Origin: Acidobacteriota bacterium
GTDB lineage: Bacteria; Eisenbacteria; RBG-16-71-46; SZUA-252
DNA length: 33,549 bases
Assembly (NCBI GenBank): GCA_035470985.1
Contig: DATIQI010000244.1
Location: 1-33,549 of the forward strand
Direction: 5' to 3'
Below the pieces are notes generated by a model that worked only from the letters and a program-made list of their open reading frames with translations, was not told the origin of the DNA and did no database searches. Of this stretch, positions 1-8,370 are shown piece after piece. The first letter of the stretch is position 1; every line of letters starts with the position of its first letter. Made by a program: the position numbers and the translations under genes.

Positions 1-1050
1 TGAAGCTTGGTAACCCCAACGGTGCTCGCGCCCTGAGGGCCTTCGGCTCGAGGCGGGGCGGATCGCCTCCCAGAGTCCCGAGGACTCGAGAAAGTCGAAT
101 CCGCGGGACGCCGCGTCGCGGAATCGAGCCTCCCCCGTGGAGCGGTAGACGCGCGCGAGGGCCGCGATCGCGCGCGCCTGCTCGTCGAGGAGCCGTTCGT
201 AGCGAAGCCGCGACCAGTCGGGCGCGAGCGCCGCGCGGAAGAAGCCGCCGTCCACCGAGTCCTGGAGCGCGAGGGCCGCGGCCGCGCCGCGCACCGCCAG
301 CGCGCGGATCCGGTCGTCGCCGCGCGCGTCGGCCGCTCGGAGCAGGAACGAGATCGCGTCCCATCGCGCCGTCTTCGGCGCCGAGCCGAATCCGCCGTGC
401 TCCAGATCCTCCAGATCGAAGAGCGCGTCGAGGTTCTGCTGGACGTACTCCTCCTCGGTGACGCTGGTGAGCGCGAGCGTGTCGGGGTCCCACGTGCGCG
501 CCACGCCGCGCTCCGCCTCCGCGATCTTGGGATCGACCTGCGCCCGGTTCGTCTTGTAGAAGCGGGACGCCTGCGACAGGAAATCGCGCAGCCCGGTCGG
601 CGGGAGGTACGTCGCGGCCGCCAGGAGATGACCCTCGGGTGTCAGCACCGCGGTCGTCGGCCAGCCGTTCGTCAGGTAGCGATCGGAGATATCCGGGCGG
701 AGGTCGGTGTCCACGCGGATCGGCACGAAGCCGAGGTTCAACGCGGCGAGCGCGTGGCCGTCGGTGTAGGAGGAGTCCTCCATGACGCGGCACCAATGGC
801 ACCAGCCCGCCGTGAGATTCAGGAGCACGAGCCGCTTCGAGGCGCGCGCTTCGTCGAACGCCTCGCGGCTCCAGTCGCGCCAGGCCGGGCGGCGGGGAGC
901 GGACGCCGCGCTCTTCGTGCCGGCGCCGGCCGGGCCGGTCGAATCGGCGGGCGACGCGGGGGACGCGGGGGACGCGGGCGCGGGCGGCGTGATCGCGACC
1001 GTAGCGAGAACGAGGAGCGCGTGAACCGCGAGCGCGGCGCGGCGGTTCAC
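1..1050 (-). CDS. Secreted thioredoxin-fold (DUF255/YyaL-like) protein, N-terminal part; the gene runs off the left edge
   Basis: The minus frame is open from 1050 to position 1. It is absent from the ORF track because it has no stop in the window. Hand translation gives VNRRAALAVHALLVLATVAITPPAPASPASPAS (signal-like, PAS repeat), then SKRLVLLNLTAGWCHWCRVMEDSSYTDGHALAALNLGFVP, which contains a WCxxC thioredoxin-fold motif. The GTG start at 1050-1048 overlaps the TGA of the upstream gene (GTGA). Confidence 0.6.
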   Translation of the reverse strand, partial: MNRRAALAVHALLVLATVAITPPAPASPASPASPADSTGPAGAGTKSAASAPRRPAWRDWSREAFDEARASKRLVLLNLTAGWCHWCRVMEDSSYTDGHALAALNLGFVPIRVDTDLRPDISDRYLTNGWPTTAVLTPEGHLLAAATYLPPTGLRDFLSQASRFYKTNRAQVDPKIAEAERGVARTWDPDTLALTSVTEEEYVQQNLDALFDLEDLEHGGFGSAPKTARWDAISFLLRAADARGDDRIRALAVRGAAAALALQDSVDGGFFRAALAPDWSRLRYERLLDEQARAIAALARVYRSTGEARFRDAASRGFDFLESSGLWEAIRPASSRRPSGREHRWGYQAS

Positions 1051-1496
1051 GCCTTCTTCGCCCTCGGCTTCCCGCCCTTCCGGCGCGCGGCGGCCCGCGC
1101 CTCGCGCTCCGCCAGGTAGCGCTCCAGGTCCTGCTCCGTCCGGATCAGGACCTTCTCGGCCGGCGTGGTGCAGTAGCGCTCGCACTCGGCGGGGTCGTAG
1201 TCGCGACAGATCTCGGGCCGGAACTGGTAGTGCGTGCAGCGCCCTTCCACCAGCCACTCGCACGGCGTGTCGAACTGGACCATCCAGTTGCCGTCCCAAT
1301 CGACGGTCACCGAGACGTTCTGGTGGAGGATGTACCAGCGGATATTGTCGAAGTCGAGTTTCGTGCGCGGTTTCGGAATCTCGACGGCGACGTAGCGGCA
1401 GCAATGGTCGCAGCCCGCGCAGGGGTTCCCCTCGGGGAGCGCGTAGCGTCCGTCGTCGAGCAGAGGGACGCCGATCGGCGGCCGTGGGGGCCGCAT
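1047..1496 (-). CDS. YkgJ/UPF0153-type cysteine-cluster protein
   Basis: The ORF 1047..1739 contains CAGCDHCCRYV plus later Cys residues (CEWLVEGRCTHY, ICRDY, ECERYC), typical of the CxxCxxCC YkgJ family. The N-terminal 80 aa of the long ORF are R/P/S-rich and look non-coding, so the ATG at 1496 (MRPPRPPIGVPLLDD) is preferred. ATGs at 1562, 1571 and 1589 are alternatives. Confidence 0.6.
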   Translation of the reverse strand: MRPPRPPIGVPLLDDGRYALPEGNPCAGCDHCCRYVAVEIPKPRTKLDFDNIRWYILHQNVSVTVDWDGNWMVQFDTPCEWLVEGRCTHYQFRPEICRDYDPAECERYCTTPAEKVLIRTEQDLERYLAEREARAAARRKGGKPRAKKA

Positions 1497-1870
1497 CGGG
1501 GGCGTATCCGCCTTCGGTGTCAGGCGAGGGGAGAAGGCTCGGTTCGGTCTTGGGTCTCTCATGGTCGGCATGGACCCGCGCGTCTCCATGCCGCGACGGG
1601 AGTTCCACCAGGATAGCGCGAATCGGCCTCGCGCGGAACGTGAAGGATGCGCGGCGGTTCCGCGCCTCGGCCCGAGCCTCGGCACGCCGCGCGGCCCGGA
1701 TCTCGAAACCGGCGACGCAAGGACCATTGCGCCCGGCACCGCGCGGGTCTAGCGTCGGCCGTACCGGTGAGCGCCATGCACCCGAGTCCCGCGGGCGCCC
1801 CTTGCTCCCCACTCCGTCGCCCGCCCTGCCCACCGAACGGATCCGCGCGGTCCCCGCGCCTTCACACCGC

Positions 1871-1886
1871 GTCGGATCGATCCGAC
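1871..1886. promoter_or_regulatory. 16-bp perfect palindrome GTCGGATCGATCCGAC, 33 bp upstream of the lipoprotein A start
   Basis: Read directly from the sequence. It lies in the divergent intergenic region between the ykgJ-like gene and 1919..3205. It could be an operator or a small hairpin. Confidence 0.25.
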
Positions 1887-1918
1887 GGCTCGATCGCAGC
1901 CGCCAAAGGAGGGACTTC

Positions 1919-3205
1919 ATGCGTACCATGTCCCGTGCCCCGAACCGGTCGCTGCTGCGGTTCACCGCCGCCACGATCGCGTTCTCCATGCTCCTCCTGA
2001 TCGGATGCTCGAAGGACGCCGAGAGGCCCGGCGCCCTCGGCGGCCCGACGGCCGTCGTTCCGAGCGCGTCGCAGGCCGCGCCTCCCGCCGTGATCGACCA
2101 GCGCGGCGACGCGCCGCCGGCGGGCGTGATCGAGGTCGCGGCTCACGCCACACATCTCCATATGTGGCCGTACACGGGCGACCGTTTGAACGAGTCGGCG
2201 AAGGACCCGATCAATCTTCTCTTCTTCGGAAACGCCGACCCGCGCTCCATTCGCTCGACCCTGCTGAACCTCGACGGGGACCGGAGCGCCTTCGGATTCC
2301 CGAACGCGCCGCCATGGAACCAGCGCTGGACCGACGCCTACGGCGACGTTCAGACGGCCTGGGCCGACGGGGAGGGGTGGACGGCGAGCGTGGTGCAGTT
2401 GGCCCTGGGAGACTTCGAGCCGCTCCGGTTCCATCTTCGCCTCTTCCGCACGTCCCAGACTCCGGGCGCGTGGACCTTGGGCGCGGCCCACTTCGAAGTG
2501 CTCATTCCGGGCACGTTCGAGCATCAGGTCCTCTCCTGGCAGTGCGCGCGTGACCTCGTGATGGCCGATCTCCTGAGGGCGGGGATCGTGGTCGGAGCGC
2601 CCGACATGACCGGCCCCATCACGCAGACGCCGAGCTACCGGGAGGTCATGGCCGTGATCTACAACGGGCTCCCTCCCGAGCTGCGCGCGTACATCGGGGG
2701 GCCCCTGGCCGATGTCGCCGAGGATTGGCCGATCCCGAACGACGGCCGCGCGGCGGTTCTGACGCTGGGCGGAACGCCGGACTGCGGCTGTCCGCAGTCG
2801 CAGTCGTTCACCATCCAGGTGGCCCAGGCGGTGCCGAAGCCGATCTGCAGCGACGGCCCCGGCGACTGGGTCTACATCGAGGGGCCGGTGGCGTTCACGC
2901 GGAACGCGACCGTCGACGAAGCGGGCGTCTACAGCTACACGGCGCACGCGTCGGGGCGGCTGAGCGTCACCCCGATCGACCTGTCCACGAATCCGCCGAC
3001 GCCGCTCGGACCGTCCTACATGGCCATCGTTTCCGAGGACCAGGAGGGCTCGAGCTCCTCGTACGACGACCGCGCCATGTTCCGGTATCGCCGGATCGCC
3101 GCGCAGGAGGGCGGCGCCGAGCGCCTCACGTACGATCTGAAGGTCGCTTGGAACGGCGAGAAGAAGCTGCGGATCACGGAGCGCTGCCTCGAGCCGGAGC
3201 CCTGA
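1919..3205 (+). CDS. Lipoprotein of unknown function (paralog A of 5662..6963)
   Basis: An in-frame ATG at 1919 is preceded by AAAGGAGGGA. The N-terminus MRTMSRAPNRSLLRFTAATIAFSMLLLIGCSKD is a signal peptide with a lipobox. Long identical blocks are shared with 5662..6963: LGAAHFEVLIPGT, EHQVLSW, AVIYNGLPPELRA, SVVQLALGD. Confidence 0.7.
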   Translation: MRTMSRAPNRSLLRFTAATIAFSMLLLIGCSKDAERPGALGGPTAVVPSASQAAPPAVIDQRGDAPPAGVIEVAAHATHLHMWPYTGDRLNESAKDPINLLFFGNADPRSIRSTLLNLDGDRSAFGFPNAPPWNQRWTDAYGDVQTAWADGEGWTASVVQLALGDFEPLRFHLRLFRTSQTPGAWTLGAAHFEVLIPGTFEHQVLSWQCARDLVMADLLRAGIVVGAPDMTGPITQTPSYREVMAVIYNGLPPELRAYIGGPLADVAEDWPIPNDGRAAVLTLGGTPDCGCPQSQSFTIQVAQAVPKPICSDGPGDWVYIEGPVAFTRNATVDEAGVYSYTAHASGRLSVTPIDLSTNPPTPLGPSYMAIVSEDQEGSSSSYDDRAMFRYRRIAAQEGGAERLTYDLKVAWNGEKKLRITERCLEPEP

Positions 3206-3241
3206 TCGACGGCGAACTCCACCCGCGTCACTCGAGGGATC

Positions 3242-3273
3242 GAAGCGGCGGACTCGTGAGGGCCCGCCGCTTC
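3242..3273 (+). terminator. Hairpin after lipoprotein A (10-bp stem GAAGCGGCGG/CCGCCGCTTC, 12-nt loop), no U-tract
   Basis: The stem was read directly. It starts 37 nt after the stop at 3205. No T-run follows it, so its function as a terminator is uncertain. Confidence 0.35.
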
Positions 3274-3439
3274 CCCGTTCCAGACCCCGCGCGCGTCCGA
3301 TTCGATACGCGGCGAAGCGAAACCGATACGGGATTCGAATCCGCCGGCCCTCCCCCGTGAACGACGCCTCGCCGCCCCTCGTCCCGTAACTCGTCTCCCT
3401 TTCATCGATTCCCGCTCCGGCCCGAACCTCCGCGAATCG

Positions 3440-3454
3440 TGGCACGGCCCTTGA
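3440..3454 (+). promoter_or_regulatory. Sigma-54-like -24/-12 element TGGCAC-GGCCC-TTGA
   Basis: The -24 half (TGGCACG) and the 5-nt spacing are perfect, but the -12 half is TTGA rather than TTGC. It ends only 15 nt before the ATG at 3469, which would imply a near-leaderless mRNA. An NtrC-type activator is encoded at 7000..8370. Confidence 0.25.
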
Positions 3455-3468
3455 GATAGCGCCGTGGC

Positions 3469-4077
3469 ATGAATCTCCACGACGACATCGAACGCCGCCA
3501 CGACGAGGGCCTCCAGGGCGTCATCTCGCGCCGCGACGCGCTGCGCCGGATCGGACTCCTGGCGGCCGCGGCGGGCGCCGCGGGCTGCACGCCGCTTCGG
3601 ATCGTGCTCCGCGCCTATCCCGACGCGTTCGACCGCGAAGGCGATCGGACGGACCGCGTTCTCGGCGCCTTCGTTCGCACCGTGGTCCCCGGCGCCGGCG
3701 GCGACGACGCGTCTCTGGCGCGCGCGTTCCACGACCCCAGCTACCCGTTCGCGCGGCACGCGGCGTTCTTCGCTTCCGATCTCTGCGCGCGCGCGACCGA
3801 CATCGCGGGAGCGCGTTCGTTCGACCGGCTCGACGACGACCGCCGAGCCCGCGTCGTCCGCGACGGACTCGGCGCCGACGCGACCACCCGGCGGATCTAC
3901 CGCGGCGCGATCTTCCTGACGCAGGTCGCGACGTACGCCGGGATCTACGACGACGGCGGCAGCGGGCTCATCGACTTCCCCGGAGCGAACGGCGGCTACC
4001 TTCGCGAGGAGATCTCCTATCCCGGCGCGGCGGCGTTTCTGCCCGCGTGCCGGACCGAGGACGGAAGCCATGCGTGA
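3469..4077 (+). CDS. Tat-signal small subunit (gluconate 2-dehydrogenase subunit 3-like) partnering the GMC flavoprotein
   Basis: It has a twin-arginine motif ISRRDALRRIGLLAAAAGAAGC, possibly with a lipobox Cys. It is about 200 aa and sits immediately upstream of the GMC gene with an 8-nt overlap. This is the common pairing for this family. Confidence 0.55.
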   Translation: MNLHDDIERRHDEGLQGVISRRDALRRIGLLAAAAGAAGCTPLRIVLRAYPDAFDREGDRTDRVLGAFVRTVVPGAGGDDASLARAFHDPSYPFARHAAFFASDLCARATDIAGARSFDRLDDDRRARVVRDGLGADATTRRIYRGAIFLTQVATYAGIYDDGGSGLIDFPGANGGYLREEISYPGAAAFLPACRTEDGSHA

Positions 4078-5665
4078 CGCGAACCGAGATCGAGAAAACC
4101 TGTACGACGTCGTCGTCGTCGGAAGCGGCTTCGGGGCCGCGCCGCCCGCGCTGCGCCTCGCTGAGGCGGGCTATCGCGTGCTGGTCCTCGAGAAGGGCCC
4201 GGACATCGTCCCGGAGCGTGACTTCCGCCAGACCCAGAGCCCGGCCTACTTCCGGCGCTACCTCCGGACCCTGTCCGGCAAGGGCCTCAACCTGACCTTC
4301 GCCGAGGGGCTGGGCGGCGGATCCGGCTTCTACGAGATGGTCTCGCTCCGCGCGCCTTCGATCGTGTTCGACCAGCGCGGCGAGGGAGGGCGGCCGCTTT
4401 GGCCCGACGGAGTCGGCCGGGCCGCGCTCGACCCCCATTACGACACCGCCGAGCGGATGCTTCGCGTGGAGCAGATCGCGGCCGAGGACGTTCCGAAGAC
4501 CGGGCAGGTCTTCGCGCTCCTGATGAAGCGCCTCGGTTACTCGTGCGATCGCGCCCGGTACGCCGCGCGCGGATGCGTGGGGAGCGGGTATTGCGTCTCG
4601 GGGTGCGTGTTCGGAGCGAAGCAGTCGCTCCACCTGAACTACCTGCCGGCCGCCGTGGCCGCCGGCGCCGAGATCCGCACCGATACGAACGTCGCCGACA
4701 TCGCCCCGACGGGGAGCGACGACGCGCGGTCGGACGGCCGCGCGCTCGCCTCGTACCCCCCGCGCTGGGAGATCCGCTGCCGGTCGCGGGCTCGCGGCGA
4801 GGAGCGCCTGCGCGCGCGCCTCCTGGTCGTGGCCGCCGGCACGGTCGGTTCGGCCGCGCTCCTCCTTCGGTCGAAGAAGCGGATGCCGCGTCTCAGCCGG
4901 CACGTGGGGCGGAACGTCGCCTTCAACGGAAGCGTGAAGGCGGTCGGGCTCCTGCCCCGCGAGTATCCGGACGGAGATCTCTACGTCGGCCGGTCCCATC
5001 CCGGCATGGTCTCGTACGAGTTCCTGGAATCGCACGGCATCGTGGTCTCCGCGGTGAAGCCGCTCCCGCTCCAGATCGTGGCGGGCGCGCGCCTCGTCCC
5101 CTCCGGGGGGAAACTCGAGGAGGACTACTGGGGTGCGGAACACGTCGCGCTGATGCGAACGCTTCGCCGGCGCGGGCTCATTCTCTACGCCACCGGCCTG
5201 ACGCCGCCCGCCGGGAGGATTCGGCTCCGGAGCGACGGAACGCCTTCGGTCTCGGCCGCGCTCGATGCCGGATGGCGCCGGTATCACCACGAGGTGCACG
5301 CGCTCCTGGAATCGATCCTCGCGAGGGCCGGATGCGCCCCGGTGCCCGTGGCGTATCTCGATCCGTCCGGGACGCCCTATGAAGAGCTCCATTTCTTCAC
5401 CACGCACCAGGTCGGCTCCTGCCGCATGGCGGAGAGCGTTCGACACGGGGTGGTGAACGCCTCGGGCGAAGTCTTCGGATACCCGGGGCTCTATGTCAGC
5501 GACGCTTCGTCGCTGCCTTCGTCGCTCGCGGTGAACTCGAGTCTCACGGTCCTGGCGAACGCGGAGCGGATCGCGGCGGGCATTCTCGCCCGCCACGGCC
5601 GCGCCCCGATGCCTCAGACCGCGCAGGTCACCGCGGCGCCACACTCGGAAGGAGGCCAGCCATGA
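4070..5665 (+). CDS. GMC-family FAD-dependent oxidoreductase
   Basis: The N-terminus has the Rossmann motif DVVVVGSGFGAAPPALRLAEAGYRVLVLEKG. The C-terminus, HQVGSCRMAE..VVNASGEVFGYPGLYVSDASSLPSS, is GMC_oxred_C-like. It has no signal peptide of its own. Confidence 0.85.
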   Translation: MRDANRDRENLYDVVVVGSGFGAAPPALRLAEAGYRVLVLEKGPDIVPERDFRQTQSPAYFRRYLRTLSGKGLNLTFAEGLGGGSGFYEMVSLRAPSIVFDQRGEGGRPLWPDGVGRAALDPHYDTAERMLRVEQIAAEDVPKTGQVFALLMKRLGYSCDRARYAARGCVGSGYCVSGCVFGAKQSLHLNYLPAAVAAGAEIRTDTNVADIAPTGSDDARSDGRALASYPPRWEIRCRSRARGEERLRARLLVVAAGTVGSAALLLRSKKRMPRLSRHVGRNVAFNGSVKAVGLLPREYPDGDLYVGRSHPGMVSYEFLESHGIVVSAVKPLPLQIVAGARLVPSGGKLEEDYWGAEHVALMRTLRRRGLILYATGLTPPAGRIRLRSDGTPSVSAALDAGWRRYHHEVHALLESILARAGCAPVPVAYLDPSGTPYEELHFFTTHQVGSCRMAESVRHGVVNASGEVFGYPGLYVSDASSLPSSLAVNSSLTVLANAERIAAGILARHGRAPMPQTAQVTAAPHSEGGQP

Positions 5666-6963
5666 ACCGAACCCGTCCGCACGCCGTCCGCCGCGCGCGC
5701 GCCGCGTCCCGCGCGCCCGCCGCCGCCATCCTGCTCGTCGCGCTCGCCGTGACGGGTTGCGAGAAGTCCATGGAGCTCTCGATTCCGGTCGATCCGTACG
5801 CGCCTTCCGGCGACCGCTACCTCGGCTCGATCCTCGGCGCCGGCGCGATCGAGACGCGCGGGGACGCCGAGCCCTCCGGCGTCGTCTCGGTGAACCACGA
5901 CGGGGCGTCGCTCCGGTTCTGGCCCTACACGGGCGCCGGCTTCGACGGCACGCCGTCCGATCCGGTCCACCTGATCTTCCGGGGAAACGCCGACCCGCTG
6001 ACCCTCCGGGCGGCGCTGATGAACCTCGACGGCGACCGGACGGCCGCCGGATTCCCGCCGGTCGCCCCCTTCAATCAGCGCTGGCGCGACGCCTTCGGCG
6101 ACGTGCAGACGGGCTGGGCGGAGGGTGAAGGTTGGAGCGGAAGCGTCGTGCAGCTCGCCTTGGGCGACTACGCGCCGGTGCGCGTCCATCTCCGCCTCTT
6201 CCGGACGGCGGCGCCCACGGGCGGCACCTGGACGCTGGGAGCGGCGCACTTCGAGGTTCTCATTCCCGGAACGACGGAGCACCAGGTCCTCTCGTGGATG
6301 CTGGCGCGTCACGTCGTGGTCGCGGACCTGGCGCGGACCGGACTCCTGATCGGGCCGCCCGCGTCGGGCGGCGTCGTCTCGGCCGCGCCTTCGTTCCGCG
6401 AGATTCCGGCCGTGATCTACAACGGGCTCCCGCCCGAGCTCCGCGCCTTGACCGGCGGGCCGGCCGGGGACCAATCGTCGCCGGTCCCGATCCCGTCGGA
6501 CGGCGAGGTGGTGATCCTCTCGCTCGGCGGATCGCCGAACGCGGGGACGGCGGACGCGCAGACCCTGACGCTGAACTTCGACCAGGTGATCCCGAAGCCG
6601 CTCTGCTCGGACGGCCCGTACGATTGGGTCTACGTGCAGGGGCCCGTGACGCTGCGGCGGAGCGCGTCGGTGGACGCGGAAGGACGCTACCGGTACAGCG
6701 CGCGCGCCACGGGAACCGTGACGGTCACGCCGGTGGACATCACGGCGAATCCGCCGGCGCCGATCGGCACGCCCTTCACCGCCGAGGTGGCGGAGCACCA
6801 GGAGGGCTTCACCGGAGGCAACTCCGAGATGGTCTTCGCGCGATCGAAGCGAATCGCCGCGCAGAACGGCGGCGCCGAGCTCCTGATGCGCGATCTCCGC
6901 GTGGCCTCGAGAGGAGAGAAGCTCCTCCGCACGCTGGAGCAGTGCCTGCAGCCGCTCCCCTAG
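5662..6963 (+). CDS. Lipoprotein of unknown function (paralog B of 1919..3205)
   Basis: It overlaps the GMC stop by ATGA (5662-5665). It has a signal peptide and lipobox (AAILLVALAVTGCEKS). It is collinear with paralog A, including the conserved Cys pairs PKP(I/L)CSDGP and the C-terminal E(R/Q)CL(E/Q)P. Confidence 0.7.
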   Translation: MNRTRPHAVRRARAASRAPAAAILLVALAVTGCEKSMELSIPVDPYAPSGDRYLGSILGAGAIETRGDAEPSGVVSVNHDGASLRFWPYTGAGFDGTPSDPVHLIFRGNADPLTLRAALMNLDGDRTAAGFPPVAPFNQRWRDAFGDVQTGWAEGEGWSGSVVQLALGDYAPVRVHLRLFRTAAPTGGTWTLGAAHFEVLIPGTTEHQVLSWMLARHVVVADLARTGLLIGPPASGGVVSAAPSFREIPAVIYNGLPPELRALTGGPAGDQSSPVPIPSDGEVVILSLGGSPNAGTADAQTLTLNFDQVIPKPLCSDGPYDWVYVQGPVTLRRSASVDAEGRYRYSARATGTVTVTPVDITANPPAPIGTPFTAEVAEHQEGFTGGNSEMVFARSKRIAAQNGGAELLMRDLRVASRGEKLLRTLEQCLQPLP

Positions 6964-6970
6964 TCGTGGC

Positions 6971-6996
6971 GGGGCCGTCCCCTCGGGGACGGCCCC
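6971..6996. terminator. GC hairpin between convergent genes (GGGGCCGTCC(C)-loop-(G)GGACGGCCCC)
   Basis: A 10-11 bp perfect stem fills the 36-nt gap between the stop at 6963 (+) and the stop at 7000 (-). It is a plausible bidirectional terminator. Confidence 0.55.
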
Positions 6997-6999
6997 GAT

Positions 7000-8370
7000 T
7001 CACTTCATCCCGTCGTTCCCGTCGCCGCCGGCTTCGATTCCGAGTTCCCGGATGACCCGACTGAGATAGCTCCGTTGCACTCCGAGGAGACGCGCCGCCT
7101 CGGTCTTGTTCCCTCCGGCCCGGCGGAGCGCGTCGCGGATGTGGCGGATCCGAAATTCCAGCTCGGCCTCGTGGAGTCCGAGCCCCTCGAGCCCTCGCTC
7201 GGCCGGGGCCGGGGCCGCGAGTTCGGGCGGGAGAAGATCGGGCGTCAGGATGTCCCCGGCCGCGAGCACCACCATCCGTTCGACGACGTTGCGAAGCTGC
7301 CGCACGTTCCCCGGCCACGCGTAGGCGCGGAGCGCCCCGCGCGTCTCGTCGGAGAATCGAAGCGCGTGGCGGCCCACCGCCTGACCGAAGCCCTCCCGGT
7401 AGAGGTCGGCCAGCACCAGGATGTCCTCGGGGCGCTCGCGAAGCGGCGGGACGCGAAGCGCGACGACGTTCAGGCGATGGTAGAGATCCTCCCGAAACGT
7501 CCCTTCGCGGAGCGCGGAGGCGAGATCCCGGTTCGTCGCGGCGAGCACGCGCGCGTCGCCGCGGATCGTCCGCGTTCCGCCCAGCCGCTCGAACTCGCCC
7601 GTGTCGAGGAAGTGGAGCAACTTCACCTGCAGCCGGGGCGTCACGTCGCCGATCTCGTCCAGGAAGAGCGACCCTCCGGACGCGAGCTCGACCTTGCCGG
7701 CGCGGCGCTGGTGCGCGCCCGTGAAGGCGCCCTTCTCGTGTCCGAAGAGCGCCGATTCGGCGAGCTCGTCCTCCAGGGCCCCGAGATTCACGTACACGAA
7801 CGGTCCGCTCGCGCGGGGGCCCCGGCGGTGGATCCACTCGGCCAGGACCTGCTTGCCCGAACCGCTCTCGCCCGTGATGAGAACCGTGGCCGCCGACGCG
7901 GCCGCCTTGGACGCCATGGCGAGGAGCGAGACCATCGCCGGCGACGCGCTGGCGGGAGGTTCCGCGGCGGCGACCTCGAGAAGCGCCGTGTTCGTCCGCA
8001 CCAGCGATCGCCGCTCCAACACGCGACGAAGCACCGATTCGACCAGGTCGAAGTCAGCGGGCTTTTGGAGGAAGTCGACCGCCCCGCGGCGCAACGCCTC
8101 GACCGCTGCGTCGACCGTTCCATGGGCCGTGAGCACCACCACGTCGCAGCCGACGCCCTGCTCCCGCCACGTCTTCAGGACGTCGAGGCCGCTCATCCCG
8201 GGGAGATTCAGGTCGAGGAAGACCAGATCGAACTCGCGGCTCTCGCTCGCCGCCAGGGCGGCGGGTCCGTCCGCGGCTTCCCGCACCGAATGCCCCCAGT
8301 GCTCCAGCCGGGAACGCATGGCGCGCCGGAGCGCGGGGTCGTCGTCCACGAGCAGAATCTCGGCGCTCAC
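7000..8370 (-). CDS. Sigma-54-dependent response regulator (NtrC family: receiver + AAA+ + Fis-type HTH)
   Basis: This is the C-terminal 456 aa of the artefactual 7000..10788 ORF. Motifs are ILLVDDD...FLDLNLPGMSG (receiver), GESGSGK, EKGAFTGA, LFLDEIG, WPGNVRQL (sigma-54 AAA+) and GNKTEAARLLGVQRSYLSRVI (HTH). The GTG start at 8370 overlaps the kinase stop (GTGA). Confidence 0.9.
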   Translation of the reverse strand: MSAEILLVDDDPALRRAMRSRLEHWGHSVREAADGPAALAASESREFDLVFLDLNLPGMSGLDVLKTWREQGVGCDVVVLTAHGTVDAAVEALRRGAVDFLQKPADFDLVESVLRRVLERRSLVRTNTALLEVAAAEPPASASPAMVSLLAMASKAAASAATVLITGESGSGKQVLAEWIHRRGPRASGPFVYVNLGALEDELAESALFGHEKGAFTGAHQRRAGKVELASGGSLFLDEIGDVTPRLQVKLLHFLDTGEFERLGGTRTIRGDARVLAATNRDLASALREGTFREDLYHRLNVVALRVPPLRERPEDILVLADLYREGFGQAVGRHALRFSDETRGALRAYAWPGNVRQLRNVVERMVVLAAGDILTPDLLPPELAAPAPAERGLEGLGLHEAELEFRIRHIRDALRRAGGNKTEAARLLGVQRSYLSRVIRELGIEAGGDGNDGMK

